Shown here: in pieces, positions 1-12,215 of the stretch
How positions within the stretch are numbered: the first letter of the stretch is position 1
Layout of the letters: every line of letters begins with the position of its first letter
Assembly (NCBI RefSeq): GCF_018977255.1
Contig: NW_024704743.1
Span: 42,162,001-42,226,000 of the forward strand
From: Callorhinchus milii
Taxonomy: Eukaryota
DNA length: 64,000 nucleotides
Reading direction: 5' to 3'
Position numbers and translations under genes: made by a program
The notes under the pieces: generated by a model
What the model saw: only the letters and a program-made list of their open reading frames with translations
Database searches by the model: none
Told to the model about the DNA's origin: nothing

Positions 1-213
1 AAAAAGGGAGTTTCTCCCGGTGTCCTAATCAACAATCCCCAATTACAATTGGTCATTTAATTGTCTTCGTGGTGCATTGCTGTGCACAAAGTAGCTGCTG
101 TGTTCACCTACAAGAAATACAGTCACTACACTTTACAGTGAATCCTGTGAGGTAGTTTAACACATCCTCTTGTCTCGAAAGGCACTGTATCAATTGCAAA
201 GATTATTATTATT
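1..213 (+). mobile_element. Deu-domain-type SINE (SacSINE1/AmnSINE1-like), 3' half, truncated by window start
   Basis: GTTTCTCCCGGTGTCCT...TTGGTCATT...ATTGCTGTGCACAAAGTAGCTGCTG...AAAGGCACTGTATCAATTGCAAAG(ATT)n; matches the 3' half of fuller copies at 57950 and 59380. Confidence 0.65.
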
Positions 214-257
214 TAGTGGTACTGCCCTGACTCAGATTGATTAATCACTGACATTTT

Positions 258-529
258 AAGCGAGAGACCTGGGTTCGATTCCAGGCTGGGTGAAACCTTG
301 GGTAAGTTTCCTTACTTCACACGCCTGATAATAATCCCTCAAAAAAATAATAAATTGGTCATTTGAATCCACGACTGTTTGTGGGACACTGCTGTGTACA
401 ATTGGCTGCCGCATTTCGCCCACAAACATACAATCAATTCACTTTACAGGCTATTCTGTGAAACACTTTGAGATGTCTAGAAGACGTGAAAAGCGTTATA
501 TCAAATGCAAGGATTATTATTATTATTAT
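258..529 (+). mobile_element. tRNA-Ala-headed SINE, short form, 5' truncated
   Basis: B-box GGTTCGATTCC, AAACCTTGGGTAAGTTTCCTTACT, body shared with the 39753 copy, tail ATCAAATGCAAGG(ATT)n. Confidence 0.9.
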
Positions 530-599
530 CATAGGCTGGACATTGCAGCTCAGAGTACAAAGAGGGTCCAATATTTTTACAGAAATTTTAGTACACTTG

Positions 600-1240
600 C
601 AAGCAACATAAAAATATAGAAATTTACAGCACAGAGGAAGGTGTTCAGTTCCATTGTGACTGTTCATTGCCAATCTGCTTTCTAGGTTGCCCTTTTCATT
701 CATTCCACTTTCCAAGTATTTCTCCATAATTGAGATAACATATCATACTTTACATACCCGTCATAAGAATGTGAGAGAAAGAATGCATCATTTCCATAGG
801 TGGGATGGAAGAGCCTGATTCCTAGGTTCCTCATCTTGACCATCTTCATGCTTTTATATCCAGCTTTTGCACTTTGAATTCTTAGCTGATCAAACAGCTT
901 CTCTGCATTTATAGCAACAATGAGGGGAATTGCACTGCATGATGTGATAATTATCCCAAGGACAGGAAATACACCCAAAACCCCCACGCTATGTCGAGTG
1001 GGGGACATATTCCATTCTAAAGAAAGCTAGTATTTAGGAATGAATGGATATATGCAATGTATCATAACATGTTGAATATTATCATCAAATTTGTTATGGA
1101 ATGTCACAAATTTCAATACCATGCTCTCAGGATCTAGGTTTCTTTTGAAATAAAATTGGAATTTGCCAACAGTTCATGTTGAGCTGTAATTTGAATGTTT
1201 TGCCTTCTCAGACATGTCTCGAGCTTTGTCCACATTTTGG
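600..1240 (-). mobile_element. Highly degraded L1/Tx1-clade LINE RT relic
   Basis: ORF 700..1008 contains LIVAINAEKLFDQL (cf. L1-clade xxSLDAEKAFDxx) and YGNDAFFLSHS (cf. YADD motif region); stops and frameshifts around it. Confidence 0.5.
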
Positions 1241-1894
1241 AAACCCGTGGCCTAAACTAATAGCATTAAGATGAAAATGTTAATGCTTGGAGGTGTTAAG
1301 TTAAAACCCTGCTAATAGGAGTTTAGCTCTTGGCTAACTTGCTTTATAATTCCAATGATGCAGACAATATCTTGGCTTTTGTAATTTTAAACATTTAGAG
1401 GTTTTGTAGAGCAGAGATTTTTAATTGACGTTTTGTTCACTGCTGTATCAAAAAATTAAAATACTAACATGATGACTATTTTATTAAATGCTGCCCTTTG
1501 CAGTAATTGATATGCTTTTCAGAAATATTAATTGTTCGGAATATTTTCTTTCCTTATTAGTTGAAATGTTGCAGTTTGCTAAGAACAGAGGAGCCTTTGT
1601 AAGGTGGTATATCAAATGCAAAAATTATTATTATTAATGGAGAAGCCTTTGTAAGGGTTGAAACCGAATTGGATCAGAAGCAAAGATTTATGAAATTGTT
1701 CTTAGTGTCTCCAGTGACAATCAGATCTGAAGAAATCCATTCTAACACCGATCATCACTGTCACAATTAATTTTATACGATATATGGACTAGACTAGTCT
1801 AAGATATTGATTCAACTCCATTCTTTCTTATGTCATAGGTAAGGAGGTTAAGCATGAAATAACTACTTTCTGTGCAATGCATCAACACACTCAC

Positions 1895-2420
1895 CAACAC
1901 AACAACAAATTGCATTTATATAATGTCTTTCATGTCAGAAAGAAATCACAAGACACTGGACAATGAAGGGTTTGTACCCGAGCTGCAGGTTGGGATCAGA
2001 AAGGGGTGGAGGACAAGGGGGTGGAGGAGGGAAGATGACTGAAAGCACAGTCGAAAATAAAGGTCTTCACATGGGCCTTGAAGGAGACCATGGAGGGGAT
2101 GAGGCGGAGAAGCTCCAGGATAGAGTTCCAGAGGGTGGGGGGTGGAGGCTGACTGTCCAACCGCTGATAGTGGAGTAGGCAAGACGGTGGACGTGGAACA
2201 AGCCAGTGTCTGTGGAGTGGAGGGAGTGGACAGATTAGTGAAGTTTTAATAGGTCACAGAGGTAGGGAGGAGCAAGACTGTGGACGGCTTTAAAAGTGAG
2301 GACGGGGATCTCAAATTCAATCCTCTGGGGGATGGGGAGCCAGTGAAGCCAGGCAAGGATGGTATGATCGACTCACAAAGCTTAGTCTGGGAGAGGATAT
2401 GAGCTGCAGAGATCTGAATC
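1895..2420 (-). mobile_element. L2 LINE 3' fragment
   Basis: (CAA)n-AATTGCATTTATA tail on + strand; reverse strand matches the LHWLP..RIEFK / SAPTLWN region of the other L2 copies. Confidence 0.85.
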
Positions 2421-3064
2421 CAAGCACTTTGGGTTGCTACTACATGTGAAGGGCGCTAATTAAATGCAAGTTGTTGTTGTTATTCTTAGTAAGTTTGTGT
2501 GCAAAAAGTCAATTGAGCAGCTAACTCTATAGGCAGATCCCATGTTTCCTGTTGCTTATTGACATTGTTAGCAAGGCTGGAATTGTAAAATGAAACCATT
2601 CAGCTATTTCAATTGTCTCATCCAATTTGAATGTGTTGTACATAAAAGTCAACCGCAGTAACAGTGATGAAAGAAACACCACGTTAATAGGTTTAAATAT
2701 ATTGACTGTAAAATATGTTTTGTGGTATTCAAACTCAATGGAAATGAGGCACGGAATATAATTGTTCATTATCTTGTTAAAAAATCTATAGGTCTATCGT
2801 GGCACAAAATAATAAAGGTCCAGTGCGTTGTTCTAAGAAATGGCAGGACATGGCTTCAAGTTCTGATTCCACAAATAAATGGTTTCTGTAGACCAAATTA
2901 AAGAAAGAACTTTTTAACATATTAAAATGTGTAAAAACACTTTACCGATAGACAATACACTCTCAACATTGTTTCTGACTGCCAGAGTTATGCATATTAA
3001 AGTGATTAAACTGATCATTGGGAAATATATGGAAAACTATTACATTAAAACAAATATTTTATGA

Positions 3065-3330
3065 CTGTCACCTTGGTTCATTTAGTAACACTCTTGACTT
3101 TTTGTCAGAAGGTTGTAGGTTGAAGCTCCTTGATGAGACTCAGGCTCACAGTTTGGGCTAACACCATGCAGTGCTGAAGAAGTGCTGAATTGTTGGAGGT
3201 ATCATCTCTTGGATGAGACATTAAACTGTCTGTCTTCTTCAGGTGTATCTCCCAGAGGATTGAATTCAAGATCCTCGTCCTCACTTTTTAAAATCCCTCA
3301 ATACTATTCAATTCAAGAAAAAAAATTTGG
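3065..3330 (+). mobile_element. Deu-type SINE 5' part with a ~45-bp L2 snippet inside (3250-3295)
   Basis: tRNA-like head (GTCAGAAGGTTGTAGGTTGAAGCTCC), TTGGAGGT...GGATGAGACATTAAAC Deu-like motif; internal CCCAGAGGATTGAATTCAAGATCCTCGTCCTCAC matches the L2 RIEFKIL segment. Confidence 0.55.
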
Positions 3331-4394
3331 AACACAGAAACATACAGAACTGGAAAAGACCATTGCAATCTTTCTGGCCTACTCTACATCAATCAATCTT
3401 TCAATTGCAATAAGATGCTCCATCTGTAGATAAAATATCCATAAATTCTAAACCAAAATAATACTGTGGTAAATATTGCAAGACCAATTGTTTCCATACC
3501 TTACAAAGTGCAATTTACAAAGAATCAATTCTTGAACTCTAATGTAAATTATAATCTGTAATTGTGATCAGCAGGACATTTTGTGACAAATAATTGCTTA
3601 ATTTAAACCAGTTGTCTCTAAGCACCATCTCTGTTGTTCTTCTTCTTAGAAATGACAATTTTACCCTCCTCCGAAAGTAAAACTGACCTTTAGTCTTGTT
3701 TCAACACTGGTGTGTAAGGCAAACCCATCGCTTTCTTGACTGCTAATTTGCATTGTGTGAGGCCTGACCTTTGAAAAGAATGTAGGCGGACTGAATAAAA
3801 ATGCACTAACATGTTTTACCCAATCGAATAATTACATGTTTAAAATTGAAGCGAGCAATGTGCATGCAGCAGATTAAATAGCCAGCAAAATCTAGCATTT
3901 TTCTGGGCGGGAAGTCAAAGTGACTTGAGAGCTTCAGCTTTTATGTTCATGCCAAATGCCTGCCGGTGGTCTTGTCTCCAGCAAGTGAAGCTGACCTGCT
4001 CCTGGCCACTCAAACATGAACAGATGGTTTCAGATTAGGAAAGCGTAAACAACTTTGCTCTGATGAACATCAGAGAATGTTGGGTCTACATGCTGACTTT
4101 CAGTGCAAACTCAGTTACATTCTCTATGCACTGAGTTGGGATAATAAGAGCTTTGGTTTCTTAACAATCTCCCTTCTGACCACCCCACCCCAATGTATCT
4201 AAACATTTACAGTGGGAGAGGAAGGGTCATATGTAGAAGGATAGTATGGCCTAGTGTTTATATATGCACATATATAGAAGATTGCTTATGTCAAGCATTC
4301 TAACATATAGTAATGAATATATAAGCATGCTGATAGTTGCACTGAAAAGCTCTCATTTCCTCAGCTGCCATTTTGCATAATCCTGGTGTAAATT

Positions 4395-5340
4395 CATAGA
4401 ATCATAGAATCAAAGAATTACACAGCACACAATGAGCCCATTCAGCCTATCGTGCCTTTGAAAGAGCTGTCCAAGTTAAACCCATTCTACCGCTCTCTCC
4501 TGATAGCCTGCAAATTTGTCCTCCCTAAATATCTATCCACTTCTCTCTTGAAAGTTGTTGTTGAATCGGCTTCCACCACCCTTTCAGGCAATGCATTCTA
4601 GAATTGAACAAAAAGCTATGTGAAAAAAATTTCCTCATCTCCCCTTTGGTTCTTTTGGCAACTATTTTAAATCTGTGTCCTTTGGTTACTGACCCACCCG
4701 CCAGTGGAAACAGTTTCTCCCTGTTTACCCTATTGAATACCCTCATAATTTTGAACACCTCTACTAAATCTCCCCTTAATCTTTACTGCTCCAAGGAGAA
4801 TCTCTTGCCTATCCTCATAACTGAATTCTCTCATTCCTGGTACCATCCTGGTAAATCTCCTCTACACCCTCTCCAAGGCCTTGACATCCTTCCTAAAGTG
4901 TGGTGCCCAGAACTGAACACAGTACTCTAACTGAGGCCTAACCAGTGTTATATAAAGTTTTATAAAATTCATCATACCTTCTATTTATAAAGCCGAGTAT
5001 CCCGTATGCTTTTTTAACAGTTTTATCTACCTGCCCGGCCACGTTCAATGATTTGCTTATATGGACCCTCAGGTTACTTTATTCCTTCACCCCCTTTACG
5101 ATTCTACCATCTTGCTTATATTGCCTCTCCTCATTCTTCCTCCCAAAATGCATACCTTTGCATTTCTCTGCATTAAATTTCATCTACCATGTGTCTGCCC
5201 ATTTCAACAGTCTGTCTATATCCTCTTACAGTCTGCTATTATCTTACTCATCATTTACTACTTTTCTTAGCTTTGTATCATCTGCAAACTTGAAAATTGT
5301 GCTCCCTATGCCCAAGTCCAGGTCAAGCTCATTTATATAA
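4395..5340 (-). mobile_element. CR1 LINE 3' fragment (RT C-terminal half and 3' UTR)
   Basis: Minus-strand FKFADDT near 5270-5295, FKIMRVFNRVNREKLFPLAGGSVTKGHRFK (ORF 4525..4758), (ATTCTATG)n-type tail seen as CATAGAATCATAGAATC at 4395. Confidence 0.92.
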
Positions 5341-5619
5341 ATTCATTATCGATTTTCATATATATACATTGAGTGACCAAGAGCAGGTCAGTTTCATGTC
5401 ACTTTGACTTTGTAACCTAATGTATATTTACATTCATAAATGTATATATTGTGACTAACATAACTATGTAAACAATATCCTAGATAAAAATATATATAGT
5501 CATTCACTTTAGGGCTGTTTATAGAACATTTTTGTGCACAAATTGGCTGCCTTGTACAACTACAAAATATTCACTGCAATTCATGTAAAAATTATTTGAG
5601 ATGTCTCAACACGAGGTGT

Positions 5620-5996
5620 TGTACCTCCGACGCATCGCCCGTCTCCACCAATACCTCTCCCCAAAAGTAGCTGAAGCCCTGGTCCATGCCTTTATCACCT
5701 CTCAGCTGGACTAATCTAACGCCCTCCTTGCCGGTCTCCCATCCACTACCATCCATAAAATCCAAATCCACTATGCCCCGAGACTCTGGAACTGCCTTTC
5801 TCACTCCCTTTGTCTTGTTCCCTCCCTTCCCATTTTCAGGTCTCTGCTGAAGACCCTTCTTTTCGACTGCTCCTTTGGTCACCTTCCTCCCCCTCCCCCT
5901 GGCTCGGCCCCGGGATCTGTTACTGTAAAGCACTCTGAGAACGCCGTCCGGCATGGAGGGCACTATATAAATCCAAGTTGTTGTTGTTGTTGTTGT
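5620..5996 (+). mobile_element. L2 LINE 3' fragment, internally deleted
   Basis: GCTGAAGCCCTGGTCCATGCCTTTATCACCTCT ([11 protein letters not shown]), CTCTGGAACT, tail (GTT)n. Confidence 0.85.
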
Positions 5997-6169
5997 ATCA
6001 GATATAAGGATTTTTATAGGATTATTAATATGAATTTAGATTATTTTGTGTTGTCTACAAACAGTTTGGGCAAATTAATATTGCAGATAAATATAGGGCA
6101 CCTATAAAATTTAACTGTTGATTATTTTATTGGTATAAATTAAGCATTTTTTTAATATTGTATTTTTAT

Positions 6170-6540
6170 TCTCCTCCAATGTTCTGGCCCCCTTCTCTCC
6201 TGAAAGCACCAGAAGGCAATCAATGCTTCAGTCAGCATTGGTTGCCCTCTGGTATCTTGCCTAAGTGCCGACATTCTTTGTAAGTCAAGGCATTGAATGT
6301 TGGCAGGCTATTCAAGCGGAGGGAGCATCAGTGCTGATCTTGATCCTATCCTTTCTCAGTTTCCACACAAATACACCTACCAGCATTGAGGAGTGGTAAT
6401 CTTGGCTGATTATTTTTTCCCTAAATCAGGGGCATTTATTGCAACTGAACTACTGTCCTGGCTGAGATCAGCAAGCTCAGCACAAACTGTTGAGCTTGCA
6501 GTCTGTATGGCCCACTGGTGGCTTTAAGCACTGGGCAATC
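6170..6540 (-). mobile_element. Old SINE-like repeat (possibly LF-SINE-like)
   Basis: Reverse strand contains GTGCTGAGCTTGCTGATCTCAGCCAGG after a degraded tRNA-like head; family assignment is from memory only. Confidence 0.35.
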
Positions 6541-6619
6541 AAAGAAGGTGAGAAGATAAAATTCTGTAGCTTAAGAGGTTAACTGGTCTTTTCATGCTGT
6601 CTGCAATATAAATCAAGCA

Positions 6620-6870
6620 AAACTTTAAACTGAGGCCCAGTTTGCATGTTTGGGTAGATGTTAAAGATCCAATGACAGTAGGGTCTTTGAAAAGAAAAAA
6701 TAATTTCTCCCCTTGTCCTTCCCAAAATTCCTGCAGATTAATTGGTCATTCACTTCATGATTATTTGTAGGACCTTTATGGTGCAAAAAGGCTAATACAT
6801 TTGCACAAACAATCAATACACTTGATAGTAATTACTTGAAAAACCCTTTGAGACATTTCCATCATGAAGC
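6620..6870 (+). mobile_element. Deu-type SINE, degraded
   Basis: GGTAGATGTTAAAGATCC...TTTCTCCCCTTGTCCT...ATTGGTCATTCACTTCAT...TTTGAGACATTTCC. Confidence 0.55.
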
Positions 6871-7130
6871 ATACATTTCCATATCAGGAATTAATTCAAA
6901 ATGGTATAACAGCCTGCTGTACGGTATTGTGCATTTCACAGCTGATATTTCCTCACCATGATAATTGAGTATATGCAGGGCTACCAGAACTGGATTTTAG
7001 GTTCCAGTCCTGTCAATCATAAGCCGTTGTATTCTTCATGACTTCTAGGTGGAAAGGCCTCCACAATCAGAATAATTCATTAAGATTTGTGCCTATTTTA
7101 CTGCAATGAGTACAATCCTAAGATTAGTGT

Positions 7131-7446
7131 GGAGTCCTGTAGCTCAGTGGTTAGAGCAATTACCTCGCAAGCAAGAGACCTGGGTTCCATTCCCGGCAGG
7201 GCGTAACCTAGGGCAAGTTTCCTTACTCCACACACCTGATAATAATCCCTCAAAAAAAANCAATCATAAAAAAAATTGGTCGCTTCAATCCACAACTGTT
7301 TGTGGGACACTGCTGGGCATATTAGCTGCCGAGTTTTGCCCACAAATATAGTCAATTTACTTTCCAGTATATTCTGTGAAGCGCTTTGAGACATCTCGAA
7401 GACGTGATAAGGCGCTATATCAAATGCAAGGATTATTATTATTATT
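7131..7446 (+). mobile_element. tRNA-Ala-headed SINE, short form, full length
   Basis: GGAGTCCTGTAGCTCAGTGGTTAGAGC A-box, GGTTCCATTCC B-box, shared body, (ATT)n tail; contains the single N at 7260. Confidence 0.92.
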
Positions 7447-7764
7447 TGTAGTGTATGTATCATCCATTGCCAACCGTGCAATACAAATCTGTTGACATCT
7501 TGTTGAAATATACAGACCCTGGTCATTGACTTTGGTGGTCTCCTCTCCAGCAAAACTTTAATGACATTTTCATTTTCAAAGCTTACCCCCTTGTATCATA
7601 TATTCCTTAAGTTAGAAAAAACATACTAAACTCCATTTATTTGCCACCTGCTTATTTTGAAAAGTCTGAATAACCTTGCTTTGCTAAAAATAATGTTCTA
7701 TTTTGGTTGGTGAACCTTTAAAGGGACACTGATATATTCTAAAGGATTCAGTCAAAGTGACCGG

Positions 7765-8240
7765 TCTGCTTACTATATAAACTAGACTGATTCAGGTGCC
7801 TTACAATGTTAAGTCAGAAGATTATTGATTCAAACCCCACTGAGTTCATAATCTAGAGTGAAACTCAAATGAAGTTCAGGGGGAGCAATACAGTTTGGGG
7901 GATACATCTTCTGGATGAGATATTAAACTGAGATAACCAACAACAATTTGACAATTTGCATTTATATAGTGGCCTTCATGCAGGATAAGATCTTAGAGTG
8001 CCTCGGAGCAGAAAGATCCCCTCTGCCTGTATAGGTGGACCCTAAAGATTGAAAATTTAAGGAGAGCTGTGAGTTTCTCCCAATAACCTAGCTAAACAAC
8101 CGCTAGAGAAAAAAAACTGTCATTCACTTCATAGTTGTTTGTGGATCATTTCTGTGCACAAATTAGCTGTTATGTAACCTAAGCACTTTGAGATGTTTGA
8201 CAATATAAAAATGCGCTTTATCAAATGCAAGTATAATATT
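7765..8240 (+). mobile_element. Deu-type SINE interrupted by a minus-strand L2 tail (7937-8010)
   Basis: AAGTCAGAAG head, CTGGATGAGATATTAAAC, resumes with AGGTGGACCCTAAAGAT; ends TCAAATGCAAG. Confidence 0.55.
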
Positions 8241-8924
8241 ATTGCTATTGGGTCAAGAAAAAAACACTAGGAATTGATTGAAGCCCTGTGTCTGACACAA
8301 TCAGAAAACTATTACCATGCTTAGAAGTATCCTATGCAGACTAAGAGTTCCACATAGACATGCCACCTACACATAGAAATATCACTGTGTCTGGAATGGA
8401 ATGCTTACTTTCTTCCTGAAGAGATGCATCCTACAAACCTAATTCTGGAGAGTATTAGCCAAAGCTTGAGGAACCAGACCAACCAATGTCACCATTGCCA
8501 TACCACCACCATGTTCTAGCAACAGCAGACGAAGGAGTGCCCCCACTTGACTTGTTCAAAAACATAAATGATTCACAACTCCTTGGAGAAGTCCTTCAGG
8601 TGTATCGTTTTCAGTAATCAGATAACCTACAATTCAAAGTATTTATCCTGTCTTAGCCTTCTTTTTGAAACTCACATAATTCTATATTATTTGGCCTATT
8701 TTCCATGGGTTTATATTCCATAATTCTGGTAATGTATTCTCAATTCTGTTAGTATTATTAATCATGCTGCACTGACATGTTTAAAGACAGGTTTATGAAT
8801 AATTCCAAATTATCCTCCCTCTCTACCTTCCTAAAGCTATTCATTTTAATATCAAAGATCATATTATTCTCACGTATATGTTACCATGAACAATGTCTGC
8901 CTCTATGTCCATTGCAGATTTTGC

Positions 8925-10304
8925 TTCAGAGAGCCAAGACTTCCCGGCTTCGCTCTTTCCTCTCCTCCCACTCCCTCCATGAGCCCCTCCAATCGGGTTT
9001 CTAAAACTGCTTGGTCAAGGTCACAAATGACATCCTGACCATGTATGACCAGGGCTCTCTCTGCCTCGTCCTCCTCGACTTCTCCGCCGCCTTTGATACA
9101 GTGGACCACTCAATCGTCCTCCACCGCCTCTCCTCCCACCTCAACCTTCAAGGTTCTGTCCATGACTGGTTCAGACCCTACCTTTCACACATTCCTTTCC
9201 ACTTTGTCTCTGCAAACAGCTTCTCCTCCAGTTCCCGCACCATCTCGTGCGGTGTTGCTCAGGGCTCTGACCTCAATCCCCTCCTCTTCACCCTCTACAT
9301 GCTTACCTTTGGTGACATCGTCCGCAGACATGGGGTAAATTTCCACATTTATGCGGATGACACCCAACTCTATCTCTCTGCCTCCATCCTGAACTCCAGG
9401 ACTACTGACATCCTGACCGACTGCCTGTCCGACATCAAGTCCTGGAAAAGGGCAAACTTTCTCCAACTCAATTTTAGCAAGACCAAGGCCCTCCTGATTC
9501 GCTCGCGCCAGCACCTCCACACCTCGGGCACTGGCAGCATCAGCCTCCACGGCTTCATACTCAACCAGTCAGGAAACTGGGTGTCTTGTTTGACCCTGAA
9601 CTGTCCTTTCTCCCCCACATCTGCGCCATGACCGGAACTGCCTACCACCACCTCCGCAACATTGCCAGACTCCGCCACTGTCTCACCCCTCAGGCTGCCG
9701 AAACCCTCACCCATGCATTCGTCACATCAAGGCTCGATTATGGAAACTCACTCCTTATCGGCCTTCCCAACACTTCCCTTCACAAGCTGCAAATCATCCA
9801 AAACTCTGCAACTCGTGTACTCTCACGCACCAGGCTCCGTGACCCCATCACTCCCACCCTCGCCTGACTCCACTGGCTCCCCATCCCTCAGAGCATCGAA
9901 TTCAAGATCCTCATCCTCACCTTCAAGGCCATCCATGCCTTGGCCCCTCCTACCTCTCTGGCCTGCTGATTCCCTACCAACCTGCCTGCTCCCTCCGTTT
10001 AGCGGTCTCTGGCCTGCTATATGTCTCCCGCCATCGGTGGTTGGGCTTTCAGCTTCTCTGCCCCACATTCTGGAACTCCACCCCACAGTCCCTTTGCCTC
10101 GCTTCCTCCCTTGCCTCCTTCGAGGCCGGTCTCAAGACACTCCTCTTCGATCGTGTGTTCAGTCGCCCTCCCACCTCTCTGCTTTCCCTCACCCCTACCC
10201 CACCCCTCGCCAATGTTTGGGTCCTGACCCATGACTGTCCAGCGCCTTGGGACATCCTCCCGACATGAAAGACGCTCTATAAATGTAAATTTGTTGTTGT
10301 TGTT
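8925..10304 (+). mobile_element. L2 LINE ORF2 (RT) 3' portion with 3' UTR, 5' truncated, frameshifted
   Basis: [45 protein letters not shown] in ORFs 9011..9631 and 9586..9867; 3' hairpin and (GTT)n tail. Confidence 0.95.
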
Positions 10305-10315
10305 TGCAGTTACAG

Positions 10316-10610
10316 CCAACAACAAATTGTATTTATATGGTGCCTTTCACATTGGAAAAGTGCTTTACAGCAACAGAGTGAAAGCCTGACAGTGATAGGA
10401 GATATGGGGGAAGGAGTTAAGGGGGAGATAGCTGAAAGCACTGTCAGAAGGATAGGTTTTAGATGGAGAGCGGGTGCAAAGTGGAGGGATTGAGGGGGGG
10501 TTTCAGAGAGTGGGGCCAAAGTTTCTAAAATTTCACCCCCGAATGAAGAAATGAAGGAGGCATGTCTGACTTGACAGAACAGTGGGAGTGATTAGGGATG
10601 TAGATCATAA
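10316..10610 (-). mobile_element. Old L2 3' fragment, tail-to-tail with the preceding L2
   Basis: CAACAACAAATTGTATTTATATGGTGCCTTTCAC tail followed by purine-rich L2 3' sequence. Confidence 0.65.
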
Positions 10611-10818
10611 TAGAGCACATAGGGATTTCTATGAGTCAACAACAAATATTAAGCTGCATCTCAGTTGTTTAATAAATACAGGGATGTTTGTACTGTGTCT
10701 TCAGAATGGGAAATCCAGCATACAATGGACTTTGTTGTGATTAAGTTTTTCTCAACTTTTCCTCCCTGCTGTGTTTTTATCTCCTGTTTCCTTGGATCAC
10801 ACATTTCATGTTACACAG

Positions 10819-10839
10819 CTTGACAGAAAGGATCAACAG
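10819..10839 (+). other. Candidate 21-nt micro-exon (LDRKDQQ in phase 0, or LTERIN in phase 2)
   Basis: ~70-nt AG-free pyrimidine-rich tract ending ACACAG, then CTTGACAGAAAGGATCAACAG, then consensus donor GTGAGT. Confidence 0.4.
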
Positions 10840-11040
10840 GTGAGTTCTTACTTTACTGTCTTCAACTGTGAATTGCTTTGAAATGTTTTGTCAGAAAGAA
10901 TCAATCCAGTCAGTCCAAAGATAGTTGGAGTACATCAAAGTAACAGATTAAGAAAAAACAAATTATGAAGAATTTATGATCTCGATTTCACAGTCACAAC
11001 CCAGTAGTCAGTGAGTTCCAAACTTGGTCAAACCTTTTAT

Positions 11041-11180
11041 AATAATAATAATAATAAACCTTACATTTGATGTAGCGCTTTTCAGGTCTTCTGGACATCT
11101 CAAAGTGCTTCACAGAATAGACTGTAAAGTGAATTCACTGTATATTTGTGGGAGAAATGTGGCAGCCAATTGCGCACAGT
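11041..11180 (-). mobile_element. tRNA-SINE 3' half
   Basis: (AAT)n-AAACCTTACATTTGAT...CACAGAATAGACTGTAAAGTGAATT...GCAGCCAATTGCGCACAG. Confidence 0.85.
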
Positions 11181-11939
11181 AGGAATATAATTCTCCATTA
11201 GCTAAGAAATCCAATTCTCTTTTGTGCTCAGGCAAGGAGTAATGGATTGATTTTCAAATCTATTTCCCAAGCTTAATCAGCCAAACATGGCCTTTTTTGA
11301 TCTGGTTGTTTCATTACCTACTATTCAAATCACTTCTTACTTTTGTAATCAATATGAATGCGGGACATTTTGGACCTTTCTAAACTTTTTTTGCCATTTG
11401 GTAATTATTTTTCTCTCGCCTCAATTTTTTTTAAAATCAGCTTCAAAAGTTCAGATGTAAGGTTCTATGAGTCAATTGAAGCATTACTGAAGAGGGTGGT
11501 TGGTGATTCTACAATGTTCAGTAAAACTATCTACCTTTGGCGGTGTCAGTGTACAATGGGAAATTCCCATTAGGTGAAAAAGATGACTGGAAAACTGATT
11601 CATAAAACACAAGATTTGAATGAGTAATTCAATAGTTATGACATTTGAGGCTCAGTGTTTGAAACATGACTTTAATGAAATAATTATCTTATTAATACTA
11701 TTCAATGTAGAATTTACTTGGTCGGCTGGATGTCTGACATATATGGAAGCTCATCATCGTGCTTCAGCATCCATACCAAACTGAGAGTTCGATGTATCCC
11801 ACTTACATGTTGAAATGCCCATACATTGGAACGAATCTGAAAGTACCTGCAACGTCAACTGCTTTTATTTCAGGGATCCCTCCTATATATTATGCTGACT
11901 CACAAGACCACAGTCTAGAGGACATCGACTTGGCTCAGG

Positions 11940-12215
11940 CCGCTACATTGTTGGAGATGCTAAACTTCAGATAAGTTGTTGAATTGAGGTCTTATCTGCC
12001 TATTCAGGTGGTTTTTAAAGATCCCATGGTACTGTTTGAAAATAGAAGGGTTACCCTTAATGTCCTGGTCAACAGTCCTCCAAATAAATTGATCATTCAT
12101 TTCATTGTTTTTTAGGGGACATTGCTGTGTTCCAATTGTTTCTTGTGTTCGACTACAGATACACAAAGCACTTTGAGACATTACAGGCCCTACAGCAAGT
12201 ACAATGATTATTATA
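11940..12215 (+). mobile_element. Deu-type SINE, degraded
   Basis: TTCAGGTGGTTTTTAAAGATCCCATGG...TGTCCTGGTCAACAGTCCTCC...GGGACATTGCTGTG. Confidence 0.6.

Noticed and set aside
700..1008. 102-aa ORF with flanking AG/GT, considered as a host exon
   Set aside because: The peptide carries decayed L1-type RT motifs (INAEKLFD, YGND), so a LINE relic explains it better.
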